Below, piece by piece: positions 47,569-56,358 of a stretch of DNA of 64,000 bases. The translations under genes were made by a program, and so were the position numbers. The stretch lies in contig CAVTHK010000016.1 of the NCBI GenBank assembly GCA_963734495.1, positions 1 to 64,000 of the forward strand, given 5' to 3'. The notes under the pieces are model-generated. The model was not told where the DNA came from. It saw nothing but the letters and a program-made list of their open reading frames with translations, and searched no databases. The stretch is from an uncultured Spirochaetota bacterium (GTDB lineage: Bacteria > Spirochaetota > Spirochaetia > SZUA-6 > CAVTHK01). Each line of letters starts with the position of its first letter. Within the stretch, counting starts at the first letter, position 1.

Positions 47569-50397
47569 GTGATGAGGCAGAGTCTCAAGATCGCCCTGAG
47601 CCTTTTCATTTCCGTGTTGGCAGTCAGCGCGTTCGTGCTGGTGGCCTACTCGGGACTGTTCAAAGCCATCGAAGCGACCTTCTACAGCCCCCGGGTCAGG
47701 CAGGAATACGAGCAGCGGGCGCGGGAGCTCCACGGTCGCGTCGTGGCCTACCACGAGGCGAACCAGGCGAGGTTCGCGGAGCAGATCCGGGCCCCCTACG
47801 TTCTCCGGGCTTTTCTCACCACCCAGCTCACGCAGGACATCGAGGCGCGGGCCGAGGCCTTCGGCAACCTCCGCAAGGAGTACCAGGACCTGCGGATCGT
47901 GCGCCTCGTGGGCGCCGACGGTCGGCAGGTCCATTTCAGCACGCTGCCGTCGGACGAGCGGGAGCGCACGCCTGAGACGAGAGTCTACCAGCCCTTCGAC
48001 CGCATCGCCGGTCCCGATGGGAGACGGCTGCTCCTCGCAGAGGGCGACAGCGCTAGGGTGAGCCGCAGCGGGCGGGAGTCCGCCTTCGTCTATTCGCTTC
48101 CCGTCGTCGATCAGCTCGGCGTTTTTCAGGGGACCGCCCTGTTCTACGTCGGGTTCCGGGACCTCTACAGCTACCTCGCGCGCTTCCCCGAAGCGCCGTT
48201 CAGCGACTTCGCGACCGTGGGCGACCTCGGCCTCGTCGCAGGCTTCCCGGAATCGCGGGTGAGCCTGATCGCGGACGACGTCACCGCAGCCTGGGCTCGC
48301 GGCGGCGAAGGCGATGTGTCGAGCGTCCGGATCGCAGCGACCAGCGGAGGCGAAGCCTATCTTCTCTTTTCAGTGGTCGACACCACCTATGGCAACGTCG
48401 GGTTGCTCGCCCCGGAATCGCGGCTCGAGATGCCGGCGGCCGTCACGATCGTCCTGACGGCGGCCTTCTTCTCCACACTGTTCCTCGTGGTCTTCCTCCT
48501 GCTGAACCTGCGGCAGGATCCGGTGACCGCCGTCAGCGAGCGCATCAGGCGGTTCCAGACGGATTTCCTGCGGCAGTTCGTGGAGTCGCGCCGGGGCGTC
48601 GATTGGGAGACGTGGCGCCGCGAGCTCGCGCTCAAGGAACCCGTCGTCCGGCGTGAGATCCGCAGGGGAATCGGCCGCGTTCAGGGCTCGCAGCGCAAGG
48701 AGGTCGACGCGCTCGTCGACAAGGGCTGGGAGGAGATCCTCAATGCCCTCGGCGTCCGGGCGTCGACGACCGGCGCGGTACCGACCGACGTGGGTCGCCT
48801 CGAAGAGCTGGTCAAGCAGCTGATGGAGCGCGGTGGCGCCGCACCGGCCGCATCGCGCGCAGAGCCTGCTGCCGCGGCGCCCACGGCAGCCGCCGAGCGG
48901 CTGGGAAGCCCTGGGCCCCAGGCGGTCGAGCTGGTCGCCGAGGCGGAGGCGGTCCCGCAGCCCGCAGGGGCGGAAGACGCCTGGCCGCTGGACGAAGAGG
49001 TGCTGCCTGCGGTGGAAGAAGCGGAGCCGGCAACGGGGGAGGCGGCAACTGCGGAAGCCGAGCCCGTAGAGGAGGCTCTGCCGGTCGTGGAAGAGGCGCT
49101 TGCGGTCGAAGCAGGGCCGGTCGCGGATGAGGTTCAGCCTGCCGCCGAGGCAGCTCCCGCGGCCGTCGAGGCTGCCGAGCTCGTCGACGTCGAAGAGCTT
49201 GAGCCGCTCGAGGCGCTCGAAGCGGTCGAAGAAGTGTCGCCGGCGGCCGAGCCAGTTCAAGCGTCGATCGCGGCCGAAGCTGCGGCGGAAGCGGCCGAGC
49301 CGGCCGAAGCGGTCGCCGAAGCAGTCGAAGTCGAGGACGTTGAAGGGCTCGGCCCGGAGCCCGGTGCAGAGGCCAGCGTCGCGGAGGCGCTCGCAGACGA
49401 GGCACTCGGTGAGGTCGAAGCCGGGCTTGAGACTGTCGCGGCGGCGGACCGGGATGCGCTCGGGGAAATGGACCATGGCGTCTCGGAGCTCGAGATGACC
49501 GAGACCCTTCCGGAGGAGCTCGAAGAGCTCGAGCCCATAGCCAGTTTCGTGCCGCTGCCCCCGGAGCCTTTCGAGCAGCTCGAGTACCTTCCGCCCGCGG
49601 TCGTGATGGAGGACGGCGAAATCGCCCACGCGGCCAGCGCGGGGGCCGACGGCAGGGTGCTCCCGATGGCGGCGGTGGATGCGATCGAGACGCAGGAAAT
49701 CATCGATCTCGTGCATCGGAAGGAAGCGTCGATCTACGCGATGCGCGAAGTGCTCCGCCTGACACCCGAGCCTTCCGAAGCAGTGGTGGAGGAGGACGGC
49801 ATCTACCGCATCAGCCAGCAGGCGTATTCGGCCTCGCCGCCCGAGGGGCGGGGCGAACTGGGGAACCTGGCCACTGCGGTGCTCGGGAGCCCCCCCGCCG
49901 CAGCCAAGGCCCCTCGCCGCCGCACCCTGATCGCTCCGGCAGGGCTTGATTACGACGACTATCTCGACCAGTTCCGCAAGCCGCTGACCGACCGCGTCGT
50001 CTTCAGGTCCCTGATCGCCATCTCGCAGGAAATCAGCGCCGTCGGCGTCATCATGCTCGCCGAGCACGACGGGAAGTACGAACCGCTGCTCAACATCGGG
50101 GTGGATGACACGACGGTATCCCGCTTCCATTTCACGGGCGAGGACCCGATCTCGGTCGACGTCCTTCGCAAGCGCAAGGCCTTCGTCCTGCACAAGCCAG
50201 CCGCCGCCGTCGAGGCGCTGCGGGCGCGCATCTCGTCGGAGGACGGCGGGTACATGAAACGGGCCGTCTTCCTGCCGGCCACCTACCGAGGGGCGAACGC
50301 CTTTCTCTTTTTCGCATTCGCGAGGGAGCGGAATCTGGCCTTGCGCGATCTGCTCAGCGCGCTGAACGCAGCCGTTTCCCCACAGAGGACTGCCTAA
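47569..50397 (+). CDS. Large hypothetical membrane protein (two TM segments flanking an extracytoplasmic domain, long acidic Ala/Glu/Pro linker, globular C-terminal domain)
   Basis: 942-aa ORF; TM at about aa 8-30 and aa 290-312; A/E/P-rich low-complexity tract at about 48830-49600. Confidence 0.75.
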   Translation: MMRQSLKIALSLFISVLAVSAFVLVAYSGLFKAIEATFYSPRVRQEYEQRARELHGRVVAYHEANQARFAEQIRAPYVLRAFLTTQLTQDIEARAEAFGNLRKEYQDLRIVRLVGADGRQVHFSTLPSDERERTPETRVYQPFDRIAGPDGRRLLLAEGDSARVSRSGRESAFVYSLPVVDQLGVFQGTALFYVGFRDLYSYLARFPEAPFSDFATVGDLGLVAGFPESRVSLIADDVTAAWARGGEGDVSSVRIAATSGGEAYLLFSVVDTTYGNVGLLAPESRLEMPAAVTIVLTAAFFSTLFLVVFLLLNLRQDPVTAVSERIRRFQTDFLRQFVESRRGVDWETWRRELALKEPVVRREIRRGIGRVQGSQRKEVDALVDKGWEEILNALGVRASTTGAVPTDVGRLEELVKQLMERGGAAPAASRAEPAAAAPTAAAERLGSPGPQAVELVAEAEAVPQPAGAEDAWPLDEEVLPAVEEAEPATGEAATAEAEPVEEALPVVEEALAVEAGPVADEVQPAAEAAPAAVEAAELVDVEELEPLEALEAVEEVSPAAEPVQASIAAEAAAEAAEPAEAVAEAVEVEDVEGLGPEPGAEASVAEALADEALGEVEAGLETVAAADRDALGEMDHGVSELEMTETLPEELEELEPIASFVPLPPEPFEQLEYLPPAVVMEDGEIAHAASAGADGRVLPMAAVDAIETQEIIDLVHRKEASIYAMREVLRLTPEPSEAVVEEDGIYRISQQAYSASPPEGRGELGNLATAVLGSPPAAAKAPRRRTLIAPAGLDYDDYLDQFRKPLTDRVVFRSLIAISQEISAVGVIMLAEHDGKYEPLLNIGVDDTTVSRFHFTGEDPISVDVLRKRKAFVLHKPAAAVEALRARISSEDGGYMKRAVFLPATYRGANAFLFFAFARERNLALRDLLSALNAAVSPQRTA

Positions 50398-50442
50398 TTG
50401 CTTTTTCCGCAAAGGAATAAGCTTTCCACGCAAAGTTTCGTG

Positions 50443-50470
50443 TTGACAAAACCGGAAAAACCGGTAGAAT
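50443..50470 (+). promoter_or_regulatory. Sigma-70 promoter of rny-ymdB-tlyA
   Basis: TTGACA-N16-TAGAAT in an AT-rich island; the spacer contains AAAACCGG twice. Confidence 0.75.
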
Positions 50471-50496
50471 AGCTGAAACATCGCCACTGGGGGAAG

Positions 50497-52026
50497 ATGA
50501 TGGTGATTTTCTTTATCATTCTTCCTCTCGCTGGTTTGATTCTAGGTTGGACGATTCGATGGCTATACGCGAGGTTCCAGCTTTCGTCTGCTGAGCAGAA
50601 GGCGGTCCGGGTAGTTCAGGAGGCGCTCAGAGAGGCTGAGGTCAAGAAGAAAGAGGTCCTGCTCGAGACGAAGGACCAGCTGCTGCGGGAGAAGAACCAG
50701 CTTGAGAAAGAAGCCCGTGACAGAAGAAGTGACCTGCAGCGCGTCGAGAGGCGGGTGCTGGCCCGCGAGGAAAACCTAGAAAAGAAGACGGCCGCTCTTG
50801 AAAAGCAAGAGAAGGCCCAGGCAAACCGAGAGAGGGCACTGGAAGAGAGGGAGCTCGCGCTCTCGCGCGAAGAACAGCAGTGGCGCAGCGAGCTCGAACG
50901 GATCTCGGGTCTGACGTCCGAAGAAGCGAAGAACATCCTCGTCGAGAGCCTCAGCAAGGAGGCCAGGGAGGAGGCGCAGGTCCTGATCGGCAGGATCGAG
51001 CAGGAGGCCAAGCAGGCCGCCGAGCGGCGGTCGCGCGAAATCCTGCTTACCGCGATCCAGCGGGTCAGCACCGAGGTGAGCTCGGAGTTCACCGTCACTT
51101 CGGTGAGCCTTCCGAGCGACGAGATGAAGGGTCGGATCATCGGCCGCGAGGGCCGCAACATCCGGACGCTTGAGACCCTCACCGGCGTCGACGTCATCAT
51201 AGACGACACGCCGGAGGCGGTCGTGATCTCGTGCTTCGACCCCGTGCGCAAGGAGATCGCCAAGACGGCCCTGGAGCGCCTCATCTCCGACGGGCGAATC
51301 CACCCCGCGCGTATCGAGGAGGTGGTGCAGCGCGTCAGCAAGGAAGTCAACCAGGTGATGGTCCAGGAGGCCGAGAGGCACCTCTACGAGCTCGGCATCC
51401 ACAACATGAGCCAGGAGGGCGTACGCAGCCTGGGCAAGCTGCATTACCGCAGCAGCTACGGGCAGAACCTCCTCGTGCATTCGCGGGAGGTGGCCATGCT
51501 CTCGGCCGCCATCGCCGCCGAGATCGGGGCCGACGTCGAGATGGCGAAACGGGCGGGAATGCTGCACGACATCGGGAAGGCGGTGGACAGCACGGGCGAC
51601 GCGGGCTACGTCGAGGCGGGCGCCGAGATGGCCCGCAAGATGGGCGAGGACGCCAAAGTGGTCAACGCGATCGCCGCCCAGGACGGGGGCGCTGCTCCGC
51701 AGACTCTCGAGGCGGTGATCGTCCAGATCGCCAACGAGCTGTCGACGTCGCGGCCGGGAGCGAGGCGCGATTTCCTGGAGAGCTACATCAAGCGGCTCGA
51801 GAGCCTGGAACGGATCGCCAAGGACTTCCAAGGCGTCCAGGACGCGTTCGCGATCCAGGCCGGGCGCGAGCTGCGGGTGCTGGTCAACAACGCCGCCGTG
51901 GACGACGCGCGGGCGCGCGACCTCGCCAAGGAGATCGCGCGGCGCATCGAGCAGGAGCTGCGCTATCCCGGCCGGGTCAAGGTCACCATCGTGCGCGAGA
52001 AGCGCCTGATCGAGTACGCGCGGTAG
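50497..52026 (+). CDS. rny: Ribonuclease Y (TM-coiled coil-KH-HD) with atypical HD-domain residues
   Basis: MKGRIIGREGRNIR, IIDDTP, DGRIHPARIEE, SYGQN, LHDIGK, RPGAR, AIQAGRELRV, YPG.VKVT. Confidence 0.95.
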   Translation: MMVIFFIILPLAGLILGWTIRWLYARFQLSSAEQKAVRVVQEALREAEVKKKEVLLETKDQLLREKNQLEKEARDRRSDLQRVERRVLAREENLEKKTAALEKQEKAQANRERALEERELALSREEQQWRSELERISGLTSEEAKNILVESLSKEAREEAQVLIGRIEQEAKQAAERRSREILLTAIQRVSTEVSSEFTVTSVSLPSDEMKGRIIGREGRNIRTLETLTGVDVIIDDTPEAVVISCFDPVRKEIAKTALERLISDGRIHPARIEEVVQRVSKEVNQVMVQEAERHLYELGIHNMSQEGVRSLGKLHYRSSYGQNLLVHSREVAMLSAAIAAEIGADVEMAKRAGMLHDIGKAVDSTGDAGYVEAGAEMARKMGEDAKVVNAIAAQDGGAAPQTLEAVIVQIANELSTSRPGARRDFLESYIKRLESLERIAKDFQGVQDAFAIQAGRELRVLVNNAAVDDARARDLAKEIARRIEQELRYPGRVKVTIVREKRLIEYAR

Positions 52027-52044
52027 CCTCGAGCGGAGGCCGCC

Positions 52045-52830
52045 TTGCTGCGTGTGCTGATCCTGGGCGACGTCGTCGGGCCTTCCGGCTGTCGCGCCTT
52101 GTTCGCGGGCCTGGCGGGCCTCGTATCGCGGCACCGGGCCGACCTGGTGATCGCCAACGGCGAGAACGCGGCGGACGGGCGCGGCATCAGGCCCGAGGAT
52201 GCGTCGGCGCTGTTCGCCGCCGGCGTGCAGGTGATCACGTCCGGCAACCACATCTGGCAGAGGCGCGAGATCCTCCCGATGCTGGAGAGCGACGACCGCC
52301 TGCTGCGGCCCGAGAACTACCCGGTGGGGGTCCCCGGCAAGGGACACTGCATCGTGAATGCGAGAGGACTCGCGGTGGGGGTGCTGAACCTTCAGGGCCG
52401 CGAGCAGCTCCCGCCGATCCGCTGCCCATTCCGCGTGGGCCGCGAGAGCGCGGCGCGTCTCGCGCAGCAGGCCGCCCTCGTGATCGTGGACTTTCACGCG
52501 GAGGCGCCGCACGAGAAGGAGGCGCTGGCCTACCACCTGGACGGCAAGTGCGCCCTCGTGTTCGGGACGCATACCCACGTGCAGACGGCCGACGAAAGGA
52601 TCCTCCCCGGGGGCACCGGGTTCATCACCGACATCGGCATGACGGGCCCGGCGGACAGTATCATCGGGATGAGCGTCGAGACCGGGATCCGGCGCGGACA
52701 GACCCAGATGCCGCTGCGGATGGAGGTGGAGGACAGGCCCGCGCAGATCTGCGGAATCCTGGCCGAGATCGACACGGAGCGCAAGGCCGCGGTCTCCATC
52801 ACCCGCATCCGCGAGACTTCGCCGGTGTAG
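52045..52830 (+). CDS. ymdB: YmdB/TIGR00282 family metallophosphoesterase
   Basis: GDVVG, NGENA, TSGNH, DFHAEA..EK, GTHTHVQTADE, TDIGMTGP; canonical position after rny. Confidence 0.93.
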   Translation: MLRVLILGDVVGPSGCRALFAGLAGLVSRHRADLVIANGENAADGRGIRPEDASALFAAGVQVITSGNHIWQRREILPMLESDDRLLRPENYPVGVPGKGHCIVNARGLAVGVLNLQGREQLPPIRCPFRVGRESAARLAQQAALVIVDFHAEAPHEKEALAYHLDGKCALVFGTHTHVQTADERILPGGTGFITDIGMTGPADSIIGMSVETGIRRGQTQMPLRMEVEDRPAQICGILAEIDTERKAAVSITRIRETSPV

Positions 52831-52832
52831 CC

Positions 52833-53627
52833 ATGGGCCGGAAGCTGCCGCTCGCATCGGTCGCGGCCGCGGCGCTCGCCCCGATGACGCGGGAGCAGGT
52901 GACCGCCCGCATCCTGTGCGGCGAGCTGCTGGTCGCCGGCGAGCGGGTCCGCGACCCGAAACGGCTCGTGGACGAGGACGCGGCGATCAGCCTGGAACAG
53001 GCCCGGCGTTTCGTCTCGAGGGCCGGGCTCAAGCTCGAGCACGCGGTGCGGCTCTGGGAGCTGCCGGTGATCGGCGGCGTCTTCATCGACGCCGGCTGCT
53101 CGACGGGCGGTTTCACCGATTGCCTGCTGCAGAACGGCGCGCGCCGCGTCTTCGCCGTAGACGTCGGCCGCAACCAGCTCGACTACGGGCTGCGCCGCGA
53201 TCCGAGGGTCGCCGTCCTCGAGGGGACGAACGTCATGGACCTGCGGAGGGAGACCTTCGAGGAACCGCCTCGGGCCGCAGTCGCGGACCTGGCCTTCAGG
53301 TCGCTGCGGGGGGCGGCGCGCCACCTGCTGTCGCTCGTGACCGGCGGCTGGATCGCGGCCCTCGCCAAGCCGCAGTTCGAGTGGGGCACCCCGGGCGAGA
53401 CCTTCGACGGCGTGGTGCGCGACGCCGGCACGGTGCGCGAAGTGCTCACGAGCCTTGTGCGGGACCTGTGGGCGGAGGGAGCGTTCCTGCTGCGCGCCAC
53501 CGTCGTTCCGGTGCGGGGCCGCCGCGGGAACACGGAGGTCATGCTCGAGCTGCGCGACAGGGCCGACTGGCAGCCCGCGGACGCTGAGCTCCGGCTACGA
53601 GAGGCCCTTGATCAGGTCGTCCCGTGA
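52833..53627 (+). CDS. tlyA: TlyA family rRNA 2'-O-methyltransferase/hemolysin
   Basis: FVSRAGLKL, DAGCSTGGFTDCLLQNGA, AVDVG, KPQFE, GN.E. Confidence 0.92.
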   Translation: MGRKLPLASVAAAALAPMTREQVTARILCGELLVAGERVRDPKRLVDEDAAISLEQARRFVSRAGLKLEHAVRLWELPVIGGVFIDAGCSTGGFTDCLLQNGARRVFAVDVGRNQLDYGLRRDPRVAVLEGTNVMDLRRETFEEPPRAAVADLAFRSLRGAARHLLSLVTGGWIAALAKPQFEWGTPGETFDGVVRDAGTVREVLTSLVRDLWAEGAFLLRATVVPVRGRRGNTEVMLELRDRADWQPADAELRLREALDQVVP

Positions 53628-54377
53628 GATGGGCCGCCCGATGTAGGGGCCCTCGGAGCTCAGGTAGTCGAGCTTCCTGCCTTCGATGAGGATCTGCACG
53701 GTCTTCACGTTCGAGAACTCCGTGGCGGTGTAGACGAGCTGCTTGACCTGCGCGACCAGGCCGGCCCGCCCGAGCGAATTGAAGCGGAACTCGTCCGACA
53801 GATCGACGAAGGCGGTGTTGTCCCGGACGTAGACGTTCCTCAGCTTGACGTTGGCGGGAATCATGGTGAGGAGGCCGCCGCTGAGCTCCTGCGCGGCCTC
53901 GCCGTCGAGCAGGGTCGTGAGCGTGTCCTTGAGCGGCGAGTCGGTGTACGGCACCGACCGGATGACGCCCTGCAGCGAGATGTCGCCCGCCTGGCTGACC
54001 TGCACGAAGAATATGCGCGCCTTGCGCACGCGCGCGGGCGCCTGGGCGGCGGGGGCGGCGTCGCCGCCGGGGGCCGCCCCCGGCACGCGAATGACGACGT
54101 CGGGCGCGGCCGTTCCCGGAGCGGGGGCGGCGGGCGGGGCCGACGGCGGCGCGGCGGAGGGCGCCCGCGGCGCGGCCGGCGCAGGCGCCGGCTTGGGAGC
54201 GGGCCGGGGCTGGGGTTTCTCGTTGTGGACCGTGACCTCGGGAGATCCCCTGGCGGGCAGCAGGCCGCTGGATGCGAGGACGCGATTGATGCGCTCCCTG
54301 TTGTACAGGAAGACGACGACCACGAGGAGCGCAAGGGCGAGCCAGAACAGGCAGCCGAGGCCTGACTTCTTCTTCAT
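53595..54377 (-). CDS. Membrane-anchored GerMN-domain protein with a Pro/Ala-rich linker
   Basis: KKKSGLGCLFWLALALL TM; LLDG, TMIPANVKL, AFVDLSDEF, QLVYTATEFSNVKTVQILIEG GerMN motifs. Confidence 0.85.
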   Translation of the reverse strand: MKKKSGLGCLFWLALALLVVVVFLYNRERINRVLASSGLLPARGSPEVTVHNEKPQPRPAPKPAPAPAAPRAPSAAPPSAPPAAPAPGTAAPDVVIRVPGAAPGGDAAPAAQAPARVRKARIFFVQVSQAGDISLQGVIRSVPYTDSPLKDTLTTLLDGEAAQELSGGLLTMIPANVKLRNVYVRDNTAFVDLSDEFRFNSLGRAGLVAQVKQLVYTATEFSNVKTVQILIEGRKLDYLSSEGPYIGRPISRDDLIKGLS

Positions 54378-54388
54378 GTCTCTTCTAT

Positions 54389-54536
54389 ATGATCGGTCGG
54401 CGGCGTGGGTGCGTTTACGCGCGAGATGATCGGACGACGGGGTGGGTGCGTTTACGCGGGAGATGAACGGACGACGGGGCGGGGGCGCGTTTACGCGGGA
54501 GATGATCGGCGGGCGGCGGGGGTCCGTTCACGCGAG
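54389..54536 (-). repeat. Four degenerate 35-39 bp tandem repeats, each carrying a sigma-28-like promoter motif on the minus strand
   Basis: Plus-strand units start at 54389, 54426, 54463 and 54502 (ATGATCGG...GCGTTTACGCG.GAG); the minus strand reads TAAA-N16-nCCGATCAT. Confidence 0.8.
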
Positions 54537-54597
54537 CCCCGGCGCTGGCGGGCGGGAAGCGAGAGGCGGAAAGCATGGTGCGCAAGTGTGCCTAAAA

Positions 54598-54627
54598 TTG
54601 ACAGCTTTGCGGCAAACCCCCTATAGT
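54598..54627 (+). promoter_or_regulatory. Sigma-70 promoter of ptsI (predicts a leaderless mRNA)
   Basis: TTGACA-N18-TATAGT; the ATG begins at the 7th nt after the -10 box and there is no Shine-Dalgarno sequence. Confidence 0.7.
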
Positions 54628-54633
54628 TGGCCC

Positions 54634-56358
54634 ATGCAGAAGCTGGCCGGGATCGGCGTCTCTCCCGGAATCGCGATCGGTCCGGCCTACGTCGTGCGAG
54701 AGGAGACCTTGTCGGTTCCGAGGTACGACGTCCTTCCGGCCGAGGTGCCGGCGGAGCTCGAGCGTTTTCGCGAGGCCGTCAAGAAGGCGGTGGCCGACCT
54801 CACGGGCCTGCGCTCGCTGGCGACCGAGCACGGCGACCAGACGCACGCTGCCATCGTCGAGAGTCACCTGCTGATGCTGGAGGACCCGGAGTTCGCGCGC
54901 CGCGTCGCGACGTCGGTCGAGCGCGAGCGCAAGAACGTGGAAGCGGTCGTGATCGAGACCATCGACGAGATGGTCGAGCGGCTGGCAAAGAGGAAGAGCG
55001 CCTCCGACCGGAGCTCCGATTTCCACGACATCTCGCGCAGGCTCCTGCACCACCTCCTGGAGCGGGAGCGGCCGAACTTGCAGGGCATCACGGGGCAGGT
55101 CGTGCTGATCGCGCACAACCTGATGCCCTCCGACACCATCAGCCTGAGGAAAGAGCACGTGCTCGGAATCGGCACTGACGGCGGCGCGAGGACGTCGCAC
55201 ACGGCGATCCTGGCGCGCGCGTTCGAGATCCCGGCGGTCCTGGGGCTCTCCTACGGCTCGCGCCTGGCCGAGCACGGCAGGCAGGTGATCGTCGACGGGA
55301 ACACGGGGACGGTGATCCTCGATCCCGACAAGCGGACCCTCGACCGCTACCGGCGGCTCGCCGAGCAGGCGCGGATCGCCAGCCTGGTGCTGCGCGACGA
55401 GAGCAGCCTCCCCGGCCAGACGCGGGACGGCAAGCTCGTGCGCGTCGAGGCCAACCTGGAGGTGCCGGAGGAGGTGGAGCACGTCAGGGCTCACGGGGCG
55501 GACGGCATCGGGCTGTACCGCACCGAGTTCCTCTACATCAGGCCGCACGACTATCCCCCCGAGGAAGAGCAGTACGGGACGATCCGGGGGATTCTCGAGT
55601 TCATGAAGGGGCAGACGGTCGTCGTGCGGACGCTCGATCTCGGAGGCGACAAGGTGATCCCCGGCTACAGGGGGGCGGCGGAGGACAACCCGATCCTGGG
55701 GTGGAGGTCGATCCGCTTCTGCCTTGCGCGGCCGGCCGTGTTCAAGACCCAGCTCCGCGCGATGCTTCGCGCGTCCGCGCACGGTTCGATGAAGATGATG
55801 TTCCCCATGATCTCCGGAGTCGAAGAGCTGGAACGGGCGCTGGCGATCGTCGAGGAGGTCAAGGAGGACCTCGCCTCCCGCGGCGTCGCGTTCGACCCGC
55901 ATCTGCCGATCGGGGCGATGATCGAGGTGCCGTCGGCGGCTCTGACCGCGCGCAGCCTGGCCGAAAGGGTGGATTTCTTCTCCATCGGGACGAACGACCT
56001 GATCCAGTACACGATTGCAGTCGACCGCGGCAACGAGAAGATCGCCTACCTCTACCAGCCGTTCCATCCGGGAGTGCTCAAGCTGATCCGGATGATCGTC
56101 GATGCCGGGCACGAGGCGGGCATACCGGTCGGGATGTGCGGCGAGATGGCCGCCGATCCCATGGCGTCCGTCGTGTTGCTCGGGATGGGCCTCGATTCCT
56201 TCAGCATGAGCGCGGGGAGCATCCCGGCGATCAAGAGGATCATCCGCTCCGTGACGATGGAAGAGGCGGCGGCTCTCGCCGAGCAGGTGCTGCGCCTAAC
56301 GACCTCCCGGGAGATCGACGAGCTGGTCAGGGCATGGATGAAGGAGCGGCTCGAGTGA
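54634..56358 (+). CDS. ptsI: Phosphoenolpyruvate-protein phosphotransferase (PTS enzyme I)
   Basis: GIGVSPGIAIG, TSHTAILAR (phospho-His), GIGLYRTEFL, RTLDLGGDK, FSIGTNDL, GMCGE. Confidence 0.96.
   Translation: MQKLAGIGVSPGIAIGPAYVVREETLSVPRYDVLPAEVPAELERFREAVKKAVADLTGLRSLATEHGDQTHAAIVESHLLMLEDPEFARRVATSVERERKNVEAVVIETIDEMVERLAKRKSASDRSSDFHDISRRLLHHLLERERPNLQGITGQVVLIAHNLMPSDTISLRKEHVLGIGTDGGARTSHTAILARAFEIPAVLGLSYGSRLAEHGRQVIVDGNTGTVILDPDKRTLDRYRRLAEQARIASLVLRDESSLPGQTRDGKLVRVEANLEVPEEVEHVRAHGADGIGLYRTEFLYIRPHDYPPEEEQYGTIRGILEFMKGQTVVVRTLDLGGDKVIPGYRGAAEDNPILGWRSIRFCLARPAVFKTQLRAMLRASAHGSMKMMFPMISGVEELERALAIVEEVKEDLASRGVAFDPHLPIGAMIEVPSAALTARSLAERVDFFSIGTNDLIQYTIAVDRGNEKIAYLYQPFHPGVLKLIRMIVDAGHEAGIPVGMCGEMAADPMASVVLLGMGLDSFSMSAGSIPAIKRIIRSVTMEEAAALAEQVLRLTTSREIDELVRAWMKERLE

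Noticed and set aside
51231..53627. 798-aa tlyA ORF, 671-aa der ORF and 638-aa ptsI ORF with long N-terminal extensions
   Set aside because: The extensions overlap upstream genes or repeats and are low-complexity. Motif-consistent starts are 52833, 56355 and 54634.
54389..54536. Possible mini CRISPR array (conserved GCGTTTACGCG.GAGATGA.CGG blocks with variable middles)
   Set aside because: The period is only about 37 bp, the variable parts are short and related to one another, and no cas genes are in the window. It is a tandem repeat.
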